Positions 1 through 13,419 of a DNA stretch of 64,000 nucleotides are shown here, in pieces. This stretch comes from Balanoglossus misakiensis. Lineage: Eukaryota > Animalia > Hemichordata. Under the pieces are notes generated by a model. The model was not told the origin of the DNA, ran no database searches, and was given only the letters and a program-made list of their open reading frames with translations. The position numbers were made by a program, and so were the translations under genes. Position 1 is the stretch's first letter, and every line of letters starts with the position of its first letter. The stretch is taken from contig CM082578.2 in assembly GCA_040954595.2 (NCBI GenBank), forward strand, positions 3,826,831 to 3,890,830, given 5' to 3'.

Positions 1-1502
1 GGTTAAAATTGCACAGATGGCCGATGATACCACTCTATTTCTGAAAGATGAAAAGTCTATTAGAAAAGTTCTTGGTGTATTAGAAGATTTCGAAAAGTTG
101 TCTGGGTTGAAAGTGAACAAAGAGAAAACAGAAGGTGTTTGGCTTGGTAAAAATAGATCATGTAAGAAACATAATATGGGTTTGAAATGGACTGATCAAC
201 CAGTTAAAGCGCTTGGAGTCTGGTTTGGATATGATCATTCGAAATGCGAGCGGTTGAATTGGGAACCAAAAGTGGCTAAATTTGAGAAAGTCTTGAATTC
301 ATGGGGCAAGAGAGATTTAACGTTTTACGGAAAAGTGTTGATAAAGAGTTCGCTTGCATTATCACAATTATCATATCTAGCATCAATGATTGATGTACCA
401 GAGCGCGTGATTAAACAAATCGACAGGTTAATTTACAATTTTATTTCAAAGGGTCTGGGTAAAATGGCCAGAAATGTATTAGCGGGACCATTAAACGAAG
501 GAGGTTGTAACATGCCCATTTTTAAATGGAAAGTGGTTGCATTCAAGTTTATGTGGATTGTGCGTTTAACAAACTGTAAAAATGCATGTTGGAAGAACTA
601 CCCTCTTTATTTATTTGACCCATTTTCTGATTTTTCAATTCTTAGAGATGTACTTTCAAATAGTAGAATTTCAAGAGAACCTTTTGTCTCAAGATTGCCA
701 GTCTTTTATCAACAGGTCTTAAAAGCATGGAACTTTATCCCACCCCGTAAAGATACAGTCAGCACCATTTTGTGGAATTGCAAATATAATGTTTTTATTT
801 ATCTTAAACGAAATGTAAATTATATTGAAATTAAGAATAAGAGAGTGAAATTAATGAAATTGAAAACAAAAGATGTGTACAGATTTTTAGTAAACCGTAT
901 TGCACAACCAGCCAGCACATTGACCTGGCAGCACGAGTTCGGACAAATTATAGATTTAAAGAATGCTTGGTCATTAGCTTACAGAGTAACAAAGGAGAAC
1001 AAATTAAGAGCGTTTCATTGGAAATTTTTGCATAAGAAATGTATAAATAATGTAAAATTGTATCGTTGGAAAATTAGAGAAAATGCCCATTGCGTGTTTT
1101 GTAATGTAGATGACACAACTCGCCATCGCTATTTTGAGTGTACCATCGCCAAAGAAGTATGGCAAATCGTAGAAAATATTGGACATAGGTTGAATGGCTG
1201 GCACAAGGCTTTGAGTTGGCAATATATTGTATATGACTTTGAAAAGAACGATAACTTAGATGAGATGAACCTTTTAATTTTGATTGCTAAATGGTCTATT
1301 CACAAGTTTCACTGTATGGAATTACATAAAGCTCGTTTGTATAATCTTGTACAGAATGAACTGAAAATTCGAATGTGTAATTTATTGTAGATGTCAAATG
1401 TTTACGTGTACACAGCGTTAGATCACTCTGTAATGTTGTTGTTGTTGTTGTTGTTGTTGTTCTTTTTTCCTGAAGAGATAATAAAAGATGTTAAAAAAAA
1501 AA
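1..1502 (+). mobile_element. 3' part of a Tx1/L1-clade LINE: ORF2 (RT C-terminus plus zf-RVT cysteine region), 3'UTR and A-tail
   Basis: ORF 17-1390 contains ADDTT (RT motif), SGLKVNKEKT, LTFYGKVLIKS and CVFC..DDTTRHRYFEC. It is followed by (TTG)n, AATAAA at about 1480 and an A-run at about 1493-1502. Confidence 0.9.
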
Positions 1503-1540
1503 CAAGTGTTGATCATCAAATCAAAAGGTATCATGCTTAC

Positions 1541-1680
1541 CTTTGCTGTCAATTAAATGTCGTTCATCATGGAGTAACGATTTATGGGTCACATCTCCCT
1601 CCAGATAGTTGGCAATATCCTCAACAATGTCAGCGTATGCAGTGCTGCTATGCCGCACGGACCGAGCAAATATGTAGTTT
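1541..1680 (-). other. Possible orphan coding exon of unknown product
   Basis: ttacag| acceptor and |gtaagc donor bound 140 nt that are open in one frame (NYIFARSVRHSSTAYADIVEDIANYLEGDVTHKSLLHDERHLIDSK); phase 2 to phase 1. No family recognised. Confidence 0.35.
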
Positions 1681-2252
1681 CTGTAATGTTAATGAATTAT
1701 CATTATGCAACATTAACAGAGGGTTGTTTCTTTCTCTTAATATGCGATATTTCGTCGATGCTTACAGATTGTTTTTCAGGAACACACTGAAATTGAGCGG
1801 TGGTGGGCTTTGATCGTATTAGGAAACTTTCCAATGATCTTGTCTTGAGTAACTAACATTGCATCAAAACCAATGAAAACTCACAAAAGAAGCAAACATC
1901 GGTTTTACTATGCACTGCATATATTTTTTCATGTATACGACAACATCATTTGATGTTGGAAATCACTTTGTTTGCATTCCCAATGCTCAGGTAACTTGGG
2001 AAAACAAAATAATGCATTTCTGGCGCTATTTTCAACCATGGGCAAAGGATGAGACAAAGGTCAAAAGAATAGACGTGCGTGGGTCTTCATGTATTTTTAA
2101 TATACAATGCAGATTCTTATATTATGCAAAATAAACTCTTGCAAAATCAATTAAATCCATATCATGACGTTTAACAATGAAACAAATCAAGTACATGTCC
2201 CCTATCTGGCAATATGAAATCCTTGTTTTGTAATTTAAAATGTTGATTCGGT

Positions 2253-2412
2253 ATTATTCCAGCAGCGATGCAGGTCATGCTCATTGCAACACCTATGACT
2301 GACGTTAGAAAGGCCACTTTCACTTCAGCTATGCCCATTCTGACGGCTTTATACACTAAATGGGTCAGGACAATACTTTGTCCTATTAATACCAAGAATA
2401 TGTAAAGCATTA
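2253..2412 (-). pseudogene. 160-bp duplicated fragment of MFS transporter exon 3
   Basis: Matches 7156-7315 with three substitutions seen by eye; ends at a TTA that directly abuts a transposon TIR. Confidence 0.9.
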
Positions 2413-2790
2413 GGGACTGTCCAGAATTTACTTCCAGGGGGGGGGGGGCACCCATTTTCCCCAAGAAAATTTAGGGGGGGGGCAGACATAAAAATCACAA
2501 TCCTTTAGGGGGGGCATGTAAAAAACCCTCACAAACTCAATATTTGCCCAGAAGTACTGATTTATAAGAAACAAACCACCATGGCTACCTGGATGACAGA
2601 TGAACTCCACAAGTGTATTAAATAAATCTTCATAAGCTGGCATTTCCGGTAATTTTTACGGTGGTTTATTTTGTATATCTACAACAGTTTCTTGTTCTAC
2701 TACTCTGTGAAGCATAATAAAATGTCCAACTTATTTGGCCTGCCAGCACAGACCATATATGTACAATGAACAGTCAGTGTTGTTACTTTT
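2413..2790 (+). mobile_element. Left arm of a Harbinger-like non-autonomous element (family B), truncated
   Basis: TTA|GGGACTGTCCAGAATTTACTTCCAGG is the same TIR as at 18316; the interior matches 18316-18550 and 19750-19895. Confidence 0.75.
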
Positions 2791-2802
2791 TTACATAAAT
2801 TT

Positions 2803-3497
2803 TACTTTTTTACATAAATCGGTAGGCCTAATACTGACCCACACCCTGACCAATACGTCTTGGCGGAAATGGTGCATAATCACCCCAAAATAGCACTTTT
2901 CTGAATGAGTTCACAGCTTAACAAATAGGTGTCAACAATGCAAATGGCCGTTTTTCTCAGTTTGCATTTTCGCTGCTCTTGACAACTTCTGACGAAAATA
3001 GCTTCGCTCTGCGTTGGCCGAATTTGCTCAAATTTTAACTGGGGATTGTGTATGACCCATCCAACTAAACGGTATTTTTGTTAGTCGATAAAGTGTCCCT
3101 GGCGGGAATAAACTCTGATTCAATACAACTCACCGTGAATTTAATCAAATTTTACTAAAAATCTAACTTTCAAACGCTGTTACTCCTCAATGGAAGCAGA
3201 TAACGCAAAACAAAATTACCGTTTTTTTGCACGTGTACTCTAGTTTCGAATGACATATTAAGATGCATGATGCATGGTCAACTTTTTTACCTATTTTAAA
3301 TTTCATGACATAATATCAAAAAATGATTTTTTTCACCCAAAATCGCCACCATTTCCGGGGATCAATAATATTTGCAACTCAAACAAAAGTTTGAAATCTC
3401 AGCTTCCAGAATATATATTGTTTATCGGGGTTTTAACTTTGTCTTTGATGAGAAATAGGCCTCTGAAAAAGTCTCGACGGTTTCATGCAATGCCACC
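2803..3497 (-). mobile_element. TTAA-flanked MITE (Kolobok-like), inverted copy of 17035-17759, one end missing
   Basis: Ends TTTCATGCAATGCCACC|TTAA; the body is the reverse complement of the 17-kb copy. Confidence 0.8.
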
Positions 3498-4621
3498 TTA
3501 ATGCCGCATATATGACCAGTGGAAACGATAGTTTGAGGAGATCGACTGTTTGAGGGCGCTGTGAAATGAGAAAGTGCAGTTTGGCTGTAGCTAGCTTGGG
3601 CTGTAGCTGTGTAATAGTATATAGCTCTGTGCTCAGACAGTGTACTCGTCGTTACAGTTACACAGTTTCAGGATCTACATGTAAATGGCAAGAACTGGAA
3701 AGGTTTTGGTAGGTGTGGCTTGGATAGTAATGAAATTATCAAATTTTTAATTTGTGAAATGAGACATTCCTGGCGATATTGCCGTGGTTCTGTCCATGCT
3801 CAGACGCTGTACCCGTCGTTACGAATAACTTCCCTACGTGAATCCACAAGGAAGCTAACGTTGTTTAGTTGCTTCATAGAGCGTAAATTGTTAATCTACA
3901 GGACCGTCAGACGAAGTCAGGTATGTGTTTTACTCTTTTCAAATGAAGTTTGACACTACTTACGAGTAAGTTAGTGGAGACAATATGGCGGATAGTTGGC
4001 GTGCAGCCGAATCCGCGTTATGACTATGACGTGACCCATTCATCAAGACAAACCGTAAATGATTCACGCATATTGTGGTCCTCACGCAGTCAATCTCAAA
4101 ATGTCACCAGGCTTTCTATTTGTCTATTGTTCAGAGAAAAATAACATGGCGGTTGATCACACTCAACAGTAAAATCCGTTTTGTGTGTTTATAGACAGTC
4201 TGTTATCGCCAATACTATATAGCGATTGCTAGATGGCCTACCCAATATGTGATCGAGCGAGAATGATAACATTGAATGTCTGTTCAGATCTCATTCCGTA
4301 CGTCATACGTCAACATTTCGATTTCGATTTAATCCATTCATAAAGAATTTAGAGAAAGTCGTCTTGAATTGTGACCCCGACTATCAATTTTACGATGATT
4401 TTTTGGCGACGGAATACACGAGACGCCATTGCATAACTACGTCAGCTGGACTTCCAAGGTTACCATTTTGTGTGTATGGAATCTTATCACAGAGACTACG
4501 TACTTTGACAATATGCCATGCTATATCAATGACGCCCCAGAAAATGTGTCGAAAAATGAATTTGTCTTCTCATGGTGGTGCAATATATTTTAATTAATGT
4601 CTATTTTGAGGTTGATTTTGG

Positions 4622-5400
4622 TTTTTGGCTAACATGTATATCAATGTCAGCTTATAGCATAAGTTGGTGTCCGTCGTCTATGTATGTCTGTATGTGTGCC
4701 TCATACAGAATAATGTATTTTGTGAATGGATCAGTTTTCGTCTAAATGTATTGATGTATGTATGTGTATGTCCATCAACATCAACAACTTGAAACTACTG
4801 ATATTTAGTGTGTACATAGAAATTGTTATTGCGAAAAAATGCATACTGGTATTAACTGGAAAAATGTTCAAATAGTCAAAATTGAAAAACTTAATAACAG
4901 CGGATCAGATTCAGTTAAAAATTGGCGTGCATTGGTGTGCAAGTACTTTGGGAAGACCTCGTATGATTTTGTTCATGTGGAGTCAGTATCTGGCGTTTGC
5001 TATTTTTTATGAATTTTTGGGGGAATTTTCTGCAGTTTTGTGTAAAAAAATTCTTCTCTGAAATTACATGTCCAATTGATTGGAAACTTGGTATGGAGGT
5101 TCATAGGGCTTACCTGAATCACATTTGTGCAAACGGTGGTGAAATTTGCAAAAATGCATTTTTGGGCAATTTTTGGGCAATATTTTGTCAAAAAATCAAA
5201 TCCTGTGAAACTGTAAGTGCAATTGTTTTGATACTTTGTTTTGGGTTTCTAGGGGTGATCTCAGTCAGATATGATCAAATTGTAATGAAATTTGCTTAAT
5301 TGTATTTTTTGGGAATTTCTGCAGGGTTTGGCCAAATAGTCTTCAGTAAAACCACAAGTCCAATTGATTGGAAACTTTGAATGGGAATTCATATACATGT
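4622..5400 (+). mobile_element. Degenerate Helentron/HINE-like interspersed repeat
   Basis: Begins in a T-run and has a (TGTA)n-type microsatellite near the 5' end plus internal subrepeats (gtccaattgattggaaactt twice). Boundaries are approximate. Confidence 0.4.
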
Positions 5401-6986
5401 ATGTGATATCAGTCAGATTTGTCTGAATTTCCTGTTGTTTGCCAAAATGTCTTCCTTATTGAAACTTGTTAAAGAGGTTCTTAGGCATGAACAGAAATCA
5501 AGACCTGATGTAAACTCAGAATTGAAAAGAAATGTTTTCATTGAAATATTGTCGAAATATCAATATGTGTGATAGTGTACTTTTCTATCCTGGTTATGGT
5601 TTAAATATGGAGTTGTCACAATAATGAAATAATAAGAGGCACTGATCAGTATTCAACAATAAGGTTACAAGGGGGAGTGCAGGGGTTTCAAGCTAAACTT
5701 ATTTTTTGTTATTTGACATCGTCCCTAACCCCTTACAAAAATTGACAAGGCAACAATTCCACAAACATGTTTACATTTCACAATGGTGCAACACACAACC
5801 CTTACACCACATACACTATAAACCAAAATGGTTTAACACTGGTTTTTCTAATCTTGTTATTCTGTCAACCAATCACAGTACTGCACGTGAGCATATTCAG
5901 TTAATATCTGGTTTAGAATAAATCATAGTACGCCTAAAGTATTTTGTGGAGTGACTGTGAATAAAGTAAGACATAATAAATCACATTTATTTTACTTGCT
6001 AAAATAGTGGTACCCAGGTAAGAATCCAGATTTAAAGCCCTACTAGCCGTAACTCTAGTTAACTCTTAAGATTTGTTGACCTCAAAGTGTTTGTCGACGT
6101 CGATTTCTTTTCTATTTTGTTCAAAAGTGCACAATGTATAGTCAAGAATTCTGATTCCTACAAACTAAAATAATACACAATGTTTATTTTTAAAATGTCT
6201 TTTTGTTCTTCAGTCTGAATCGTGCTTGTCTACAGTTTTTGTGAGGCTCAACACAGTCGAATTTGCAATTTCTGTCTCATTGAAAATATATTAATGGCAC
6301 CCTGCTTTCTGGTAATATTAAATTTAAAGAGACATTAGCTTTAACTTTTGTCAATTTTTATCTGTATGTTTTAGTCTTCTGTGTCAAGTGCACTTTCTTG
6401 GTCTACTCCTCAGAGTATGTTCATGTGTAACAGCAAATATTCTGCCAGTGATGTACCTAATGTTTTGATTATAGTACAAACACATAAAATTATATTGTTT
6501 TGTGCCAGCCAAAATTGTTTTAAAAAATTTTTAAAAACCATAAAATTGTGCATGACTACATTATTTTTTTATTTACCCATTGAAAAACAAGAAACATTTT
6601 ATCTGTGTTTTTGCCAAAACTTGCAGAATATTTTGAAAATACTGTACAGGACACAACCTCATGTTTGATTTGAATTTTCTAAAAAAATACTTGATTGTTG
6701 ATTGTAAAAAGGAGAAAGTAAAATGTGAAATTGTTAAACAATTTACTACAATGTTCAGAATACTAGCAACAAACGCCAAACTAGCAACACCGTTTTTCTT
6801 TGCTGGGCCCGACACGTTATCTCTAAAATTGTAACAACGTCACAATTTAGTAGACAAAGAGGCGCCCCCCCCCCCCCATCCCAATTGCGCAGTTGAAGTA
6901 CGTGCGTGTTGAGAGAGACGTGTCGACTCGAACTCGGATGACGAGAGTTGTTTAGCGTGTCGAACGCTGCTCTACGAAGCTCGTAG

Positions 6987-9426
6987 TTACCTTCTGACCG
7001 GGACATGACCACGCAGTACCCCAATGATGACAACTGCTGTCATCAGCAGCGTGTATGTGTTGGCAGCCGGAAGCATAAGAGCAGTAATCCCATAGACAGT
7101 GTGGCACAAGCAATGCATGTATAGGCGGTTTTCGGCTATACCGGCACAATCGATGATTATTCCAGCAGCGATGCAGGTCATGCTCATTGCAACACCTATG
7201 ACTGACATTAGAAAGGCCACTTTCACTTCAGCTATGCCCATTCTGACGGCTTTATCCACTAAATGGGTCAGGACAATACTTTGTCCCATTAATACCAAGA
7301 ATATGTAAAGCATTAGTAGTCGTATCCGTGGAATATCTTTACATAAAGTAAACAAGAAACATTGCATCCAATTTGTCTTTGCTGCTCCGGTCGGTGACTT
7401 TGCTATGTTTACTTTCATGTTTGGAGGGCATTGGTCATGTTCATCACTCAAGTTGGTGTTTCTGGTTGTAGTTTCGCGGCACTGAATACTAACACTTTCC
7501 CGGAGTGGTATCGCTGACTGAGTTTCTCTTCTTCTATGAAATTTTAATTTGACATTGGCGCACGTACTCTTGCTACTTGAATTACGATGATTTATTTCAT
7601 TTCCACCATCACAACCACCATCCTTACCAACGTCGCCATCATCCTCCACCTCCTCCTCCTCCTCCTCCTCATCATCATCATCACCTTTGCTGATAACAAT
7701 GATATCGGCAAAAACATTCGTGTTTTCTGCACTGGAGTCTAACGCCAGATGTATTGGTCTAAGCAGTGCTACACAAACACATAGAATGGCCGCCATTCCC
7801 GACAGTACCATCAAAGCCCCTCGCCAACCATATTTTTCAATAAAGATTGCGCAGAGTGGAGGAATGGCAAAATATCCCAACCCGGTTCCAGCGAATATAG
7901 TCCCGTTTGCTGTGCTGACACGTTTATTGAAATATTCACCGAGAGTTACAAAAGATACTACCTGATATATCCCATACGATGCACCTGACGATAAAAGTAT
8001 AAATAAATATTATTTGAGAATGGTGTGGCAGTTGCTCAAGGCCAACGGATGACAAGATTTCTCATTCTCGCTGTTGTGTATTCAGCTGTACTAATACTGG
8101 TGCACATGCAACATTCGTAGATGCAACAATATGTGTAAAGATATAATAATGGTAAGTGAAGTACAATTCGCTGCTCATTGGACACGTTACTTTTGTGCGA
8201 AATGAGACAGCATTGGTTCAGTTTCTTGGTCATTCGCACACTGTATTGCCAAAATTAGTTAAATGATGCAAAAATCATTAATATTGAGTTTCCTAGATAC
8301 GGTGACGAAAAAATTGTTAAATGTTGGGCCAATGCCTACAAGTTGCCTTATTTGCGTTTGTGAATTTCACCATGAAAACAGTTTTATATACATAATTACA
8401 CAATAGACTGTGGCTATATTTTCCAGCCTGCAAAGAATTTGTTGATTGCTTTGATGCTGAATAATACTTATGGATATATTATGAAATTAGCTTGGAGTCC
8501 GGGTTGCCCGTGGCTCAGTTAGAGGAAAGTGTTACAAGTATGGAGTTCTCGATTACCTGTGACTCCAAGACTGAGACAAAGATTTATGGGACTTGTTGCA
8601 GACGCACTTGCGATAAAGGAAACGTAGGACAACACACCACCAACCATTGCGACACGTCGGTCGCTGTATCTCTTGCAAAGAAAGCCAGCAAAAGGAGCTG
8701 TATACAATCGAAAGACATAAATGACCATAATATCTGCCTGAAAAATTCTACACCTTATAATTACAGTACTCTGTCAGCGCGTCCACTTTATTTTGTTAAG
8801 ATCTTTGTTTCATTTTACAGGATTGGGTTCGTCACACTGTTGGATGCTTTGAAATTATCATATTTTGCAAGTAAACCACACGATTTGTGCCAAGAATGTT
8901 TTAACAGAAGAAGCCACGGGGATGTACTGATCAGATTTTGTCGTTCCATAACTTGGTAGCCATTTCTAATACCTATATTGGTGAGATATGTTTTTCCATG
9001 GAGTTCTGAGTCCACACATGAGCTTTCATATTTAAAAGTCTTATCAGATTGTTATGCAGCAAAACAGAGTTACATCTGAGGCTGGACACCATAACATCAG
9101 ATGCAATAGTACTGAACAGTTGTCTTGTAATAAATGAATGTTGCGAGAACAGTAAATAAACATATAAAAGTCTGCGTACCTATCACATTAGTAGCTGCCG
9201 CGTGTGTAGATATGATCCACGAAGTTGTAGTGACAGTCGAATCGAAATTATGCAGAAAACTAACAAATAGTACCGCCATGGAACTACTTATACCACGCAT
9301 GATAATTAAAGACAGCAAATTTGCAGCCATAACTACCCATGCCCAGCCAACATCCTGTGATTGTTCTAATCGCCGTGTCTTCGCTTCTCCGCCCGGGAGC
9401 CGTGTGATTTCACCGACAGACGCCAT
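6987..9426 (-). CDS. SLC16 (monocarboxylate transporter)-family MFS permease; exons 9426-9180, 8697-8557, 7984-6991/6987; last two TM helices not found
   Basis: DVGWAWVVMAA (SLC16 TM1 motif), YFNKRVSTANG, YGWRGALMVLSG, LLRP and a long acidic central loop. Two GT-AG introns are both phase 1 and keep the frame. Confidence 0.85.
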
Positions 9427-11029
9427 TTCTTTATGATGGGGTATTCAGATGTTGGTGGTCTAAGTTCCAATGTCCAGACTATTCTCCTTCAAGAGTTGAC
9501 GTGAAGTGGGTGCTTCCCATTGGTTAATTCTTCGGCAACTCACGTTTCCAAATAGTGCACATCAGGTTCATAACAAAAAGTTTATAGTCAGGTTCACACA
9601 GGGAAAAATTTGAGACACTGTTTGCCTATGGTAAACACAGAGCATTAATCCTTTATGTCGCGTTGTGTCCACACACACAACGTTTATGTATAGGCGCTGA
9701 GGCTCGGCCCCATAGACAATGGGTTGCGGAGAGGTGTTAATCCATACACCGGCTCAGATCTGGCTGGCAAAGCCGTATCGAATCTAAGCCGTTTCAGAAC
9801 CACTATGCACTGTCTGCACGTGTTTTTAAGCTGGTATCTGATCTGAGACGCTTCAGAACCGTCTTAATGGTGAATGTGTGTGACCCCCATAGAACTCAGC
9901 AATTAGCCATGTAAGCATTGTATCAATGCCTTCCTTGAAACGAACTGGGCCACTGAAGGATTATTCAGTCAGAGTTATCAGTAATAGTTAACAGGTAATG
10001 AATATGTCACTATCGCCGAATTGTTCTTTAACGGGTACTTAAAATGGGGGCGTTGCAGTTGCATTATCGAACGTAAACAGTATTGACGACTGACCGTGTG
10101 ATCGGCTTCAAGCAATCAGTTGTGCTGTCATGCAAGTAGTCATAAATATCCACGCAGTGTCAACCAAAGGTCACTTATACAAGGTCGACAAGATCACACG
10201 ATAACATTCAAACCAACAACAATTTGCTTAGCGCTATGTACTGTAACCAATATTGGTAACTTTTGTATTAAAATAATAAATAATAGAGTCAAAAATAGTC
10301 GTACTTTAAAATTTCGATCAAAACAATAACACCGCTAGTTCCGATCATTGGGTCCTATGGTAATGTATTGGAGATCATTTACTTCCAAGTGCCAGGTCAT
10401 CCTTTCAGCAAATTAGTAATTGAATAAGTTATTTCAAATTGGCCATATTTACGACATTTAATTTAATGCGGCTTGTGTGAGAAATACAATCCAATGTCCT
10501 TTGGAGTGTGATATTCTATTAATCCACGGCTATAGAAGTTGGCTGCTTTGGTAGCTAACCTCCATTCCTTTGTTGGCCGAAAGCTACCTTTTGATCAGTT
10601 TGCCTTACTCACGCACCTAAACAGCAAAAAGTATGGCTATGAATTTTGTTCAATTCAATGCAAGCTGCAGCTGTCCAAAATATCTGCAAAGATTGGAAAC
10701 AGTATTTACAAGGGCGGATCGAAGGGGTCATGTACATAAAAATCCTTTCATAAAAGAAAATCCTTTGGGGATGAATGACAGCTAGGCCTCAAATTGTTGT
10801 TAAAATGGCATGTTGTGCAGTTAAAAGCTGCAGAACAGAACTGATGTGACTGTTATCGAGAGACCAACTTTTCTCATGAAATTAAAACTCATATTATAAC
10901 ATATGTAGTACAAGCATTGATTATATGCATTGTGCAAAGCTAGTTGTTACCAAATTTCTTCTCATACTTTGGTTCTCATCATCATGCACTTTCAGCTCAC
11001 ACCTTTTATCAACATTTGTTGATTTGACT

Positions 11030-11480
11030 GATAATTGCCTGAAAAAATCAACCTACCTATATATTACCAGCTTACCAAGGTCAATTAATGAGCATTTGAA
11101 ATATTGGAAAGCTTCTGAACTGCGAGCATGGCTATTTTTCTATTCTCTGCCCATACTTGTTGACATAAGGTCTGAATTTTCCTTGTAACATAACTTACTA
11201 TTCCGAAGCAGCTGGTCTGGCTTCTTTCTCAAAATTCTGTTTCTGAAGATGATTTGAACCAAAGTCAACGGTTAAGTACTTTGATTAAATGCTTAAGCCC
11301 TTGTATGGCAGCAGATAGTTGACCCTCAATGTACACTCCCAGCTGCATTTACCAAAGTGTGTTAAAGACCGAGAGCCATTATGGGCACATTCCTGTGTTC
11401 CCTTTTGAAGACGCAAATAGAGAACTCTTAAAACTATTTCACTGTACACAAGCCATGGATATTCAAATCAAATGTTCTGT
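11030..11480 (+). mobile_element. Decayed CACTA/Mirage-type transposase fragment
   Basis: PRSINEHLKYWKASELRAWLFFYSLPIL and FPFEDANRELLKLFH motifs occur in different frames, with stops. Confidence 0.7.
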
Positions 11481-11770
11481 CAGCAGTATTCATATGTTGC
11501 CATGCCAATACGTGCTGAATCACATGCTAGTGTTTTGGAGAAGGCAGTTGCAGCTGAGCTTCATCGGCATCTGAAAGCAAACAGCTTGTATACAAAGATG
11601 CAGTCTGCATATCGTAAACATCATAGTACGGAAAAGGCAATTGTTCGCGTTTATAAAATTCTTCGAGCCATGAATGGACAACAAGAAGTCATCCTTGTAC
11701 TTTTAGACCTAATCTTCTGCATTTGAAACAATTGACCACCAAATTTTACTTGATTAGACCATGAGCCAGT

Positions 11771-12347
11771 ATAGGTTTACCTCCCCACGGGAGAATTTTT
11801 GAGACAATGTTTTTCTGAAAGCCCATCATATACTGAGTAAAATTCACTTTTTTGCCATCTGGGCACCGGGGCGTTTTCGAGTTATTGGCTTCTAAATTAT
11901 ATTGGGTAACGTATGCAGAAAACCCTAAAAGTGCATATAAATTGACGTGGGGGGCAAAATTACAATTTCAGAAAATGCTAGAGCCACCAGTTATACGGAC
12001 TCTTGATTGTAGGATCTTCTAGTGTTGTGCCCTTGAGCAAGGCACTTTACTTCTCATTACTTCTCCCCACCCAGGAGGAATGGGTACCGGGTAGGACAGA
12101 GATTGCAATGTGTGTGTTTAGCTCTGCTGTGCTTATGGCTGCACATGTGTGCTGTTGTTTGCTCTCTGCGGAGTTAAATGGAATTAATTCAAGTCTAATG
12201 ACTACGGGTAATAATTGTTATAAAGCGCCTTGAGCACAAAACATTGTGGGTATGTGCTCTGTATAAGAACTATTATTATTATATTTATTAACTTTTATTT
12301 TTTTTAATACTTTGACGAAATTTTGGCGTGGGGAGGTTCACCTATTT
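11771..12347. mobile_element. TIR MITE containing a SINE-like insert
   Basis: ATAGGTTTACCTCCCCACG at 11771 versus CGTGGGGAGGTTCACCTAT at about 12328-12346. Confidence 0.6.
12015..12285 (+). mobile_element. SINE-like element with L2-type tail
   Basis: gttgtgcccttgagcaaggcacttta core; 3' aaagcgccttgagc...tataagaac followed by (TAT)n. Confidence 0.55.
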
Positions 12348-13335
12348 TTTTTACCACGGAACACACTCAAAACCAGCATCTCTCTTGTTTGAAACATACC
12401 CTTTTATATATAAACGTACATCATCAAAGTCATTATAAAATCCTAACTGAAAACTAGTAAAACTGTAATTTTGCTTCAGCAAAATTGTGACGATATATAT
12501 CTTTCCATAAACCGTCTTATCTGAATTAGTGTATCTTTCCCAATTAGCCTTGTCAACAAATCATTGCTCCGATTTTCAGATAACTTTAGACTAGTATTTC
12601 ACAATAACAGAAGCGTTTTTCAGTTCATACGGTATAGCCATTGATCTGTGTACTCTGGAAGCCATTGTGATCATTTGGGATTCATTTGAGAGTCGTAAAC
12701 TGCAAACAATTCCAAATTCGCCGGCTCGACTTGTTACCCAGGAAGAAAAGAAGTGACCATATCACTCGAATCGTTCGTGACATTCATTGGCTCTCTGTTG
12801 AGCATCTAATCGAATTCAAACTTCTTTGAATCAGTTTCAAAGTTCTACGCGGTCTTGCATCAGTACATGCAGTAAGCTTACAGGATGCACGGTCGCATTC
12901 AAAAATGGTGATATAAATTAACATCAACCCATCAGTACGTCACACTGCCTTTTTATGGTGACAGGGCCTTTTCCGTCTGCCAGGTGAACCTATATAGGTA
13001 GTGGAATGGCAAGTACTGTTACTACTTCTACATTTGATGATTTTGAAGAAGGGTTAATAAAACCTACCTTATAAAATCATCTTATACGTAATTGCCCGTT
13101 TGTTGACCTTTATTTAACCACACTTTTGATTTTTTTTTCTCTTTTCTTCACTGTTGTCACTTTTAGTTTTTACTTTATTGTAAAGCGCATTGAGATAACT
13201 TATTATGTAAAGCGCTAAGAAATAAAATTATTAATAAAATAAAATATTAAATAGATAGTCAAGGTTGTAACACTATAGCAGTTCGGTAAAAGTTACTATT
13301 ATTAAGGCTTTTAAGGCGGCTTCGCTAATCAACAG

Positions 13336-13419
13336 AAGAAAATGGACACAGATCGTTGTAAAAAGCGTGTGATACATAAGAAAATGGACACAGATCGTTG
13401 TAAAAAGCGTGTGATACAT
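13336..13419. repeat. Exact 42-bp tandem duplication
   Basis: AAGAAAATGGACACAGATCGTTGTAAAAAGCGTGTGATACAT occurs twice in tandem. Confidence 0.9.

Larger units (their letters stand above)
11500..13240 (+). mobile_element. Fragmented L2/CR1-group LINE interrupted by other repeats
   Basis: QSAYRKHHSTEKA..ILVLLDL (11590-11710), remnants resembling KLQ..NS.ARLVT / DHIT / HWL (12690-12830), and an L2-type 3' stem-loop gtaaagcgcattgag...aaagcgcta at about 13180-13215. Confidence 0.75.
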
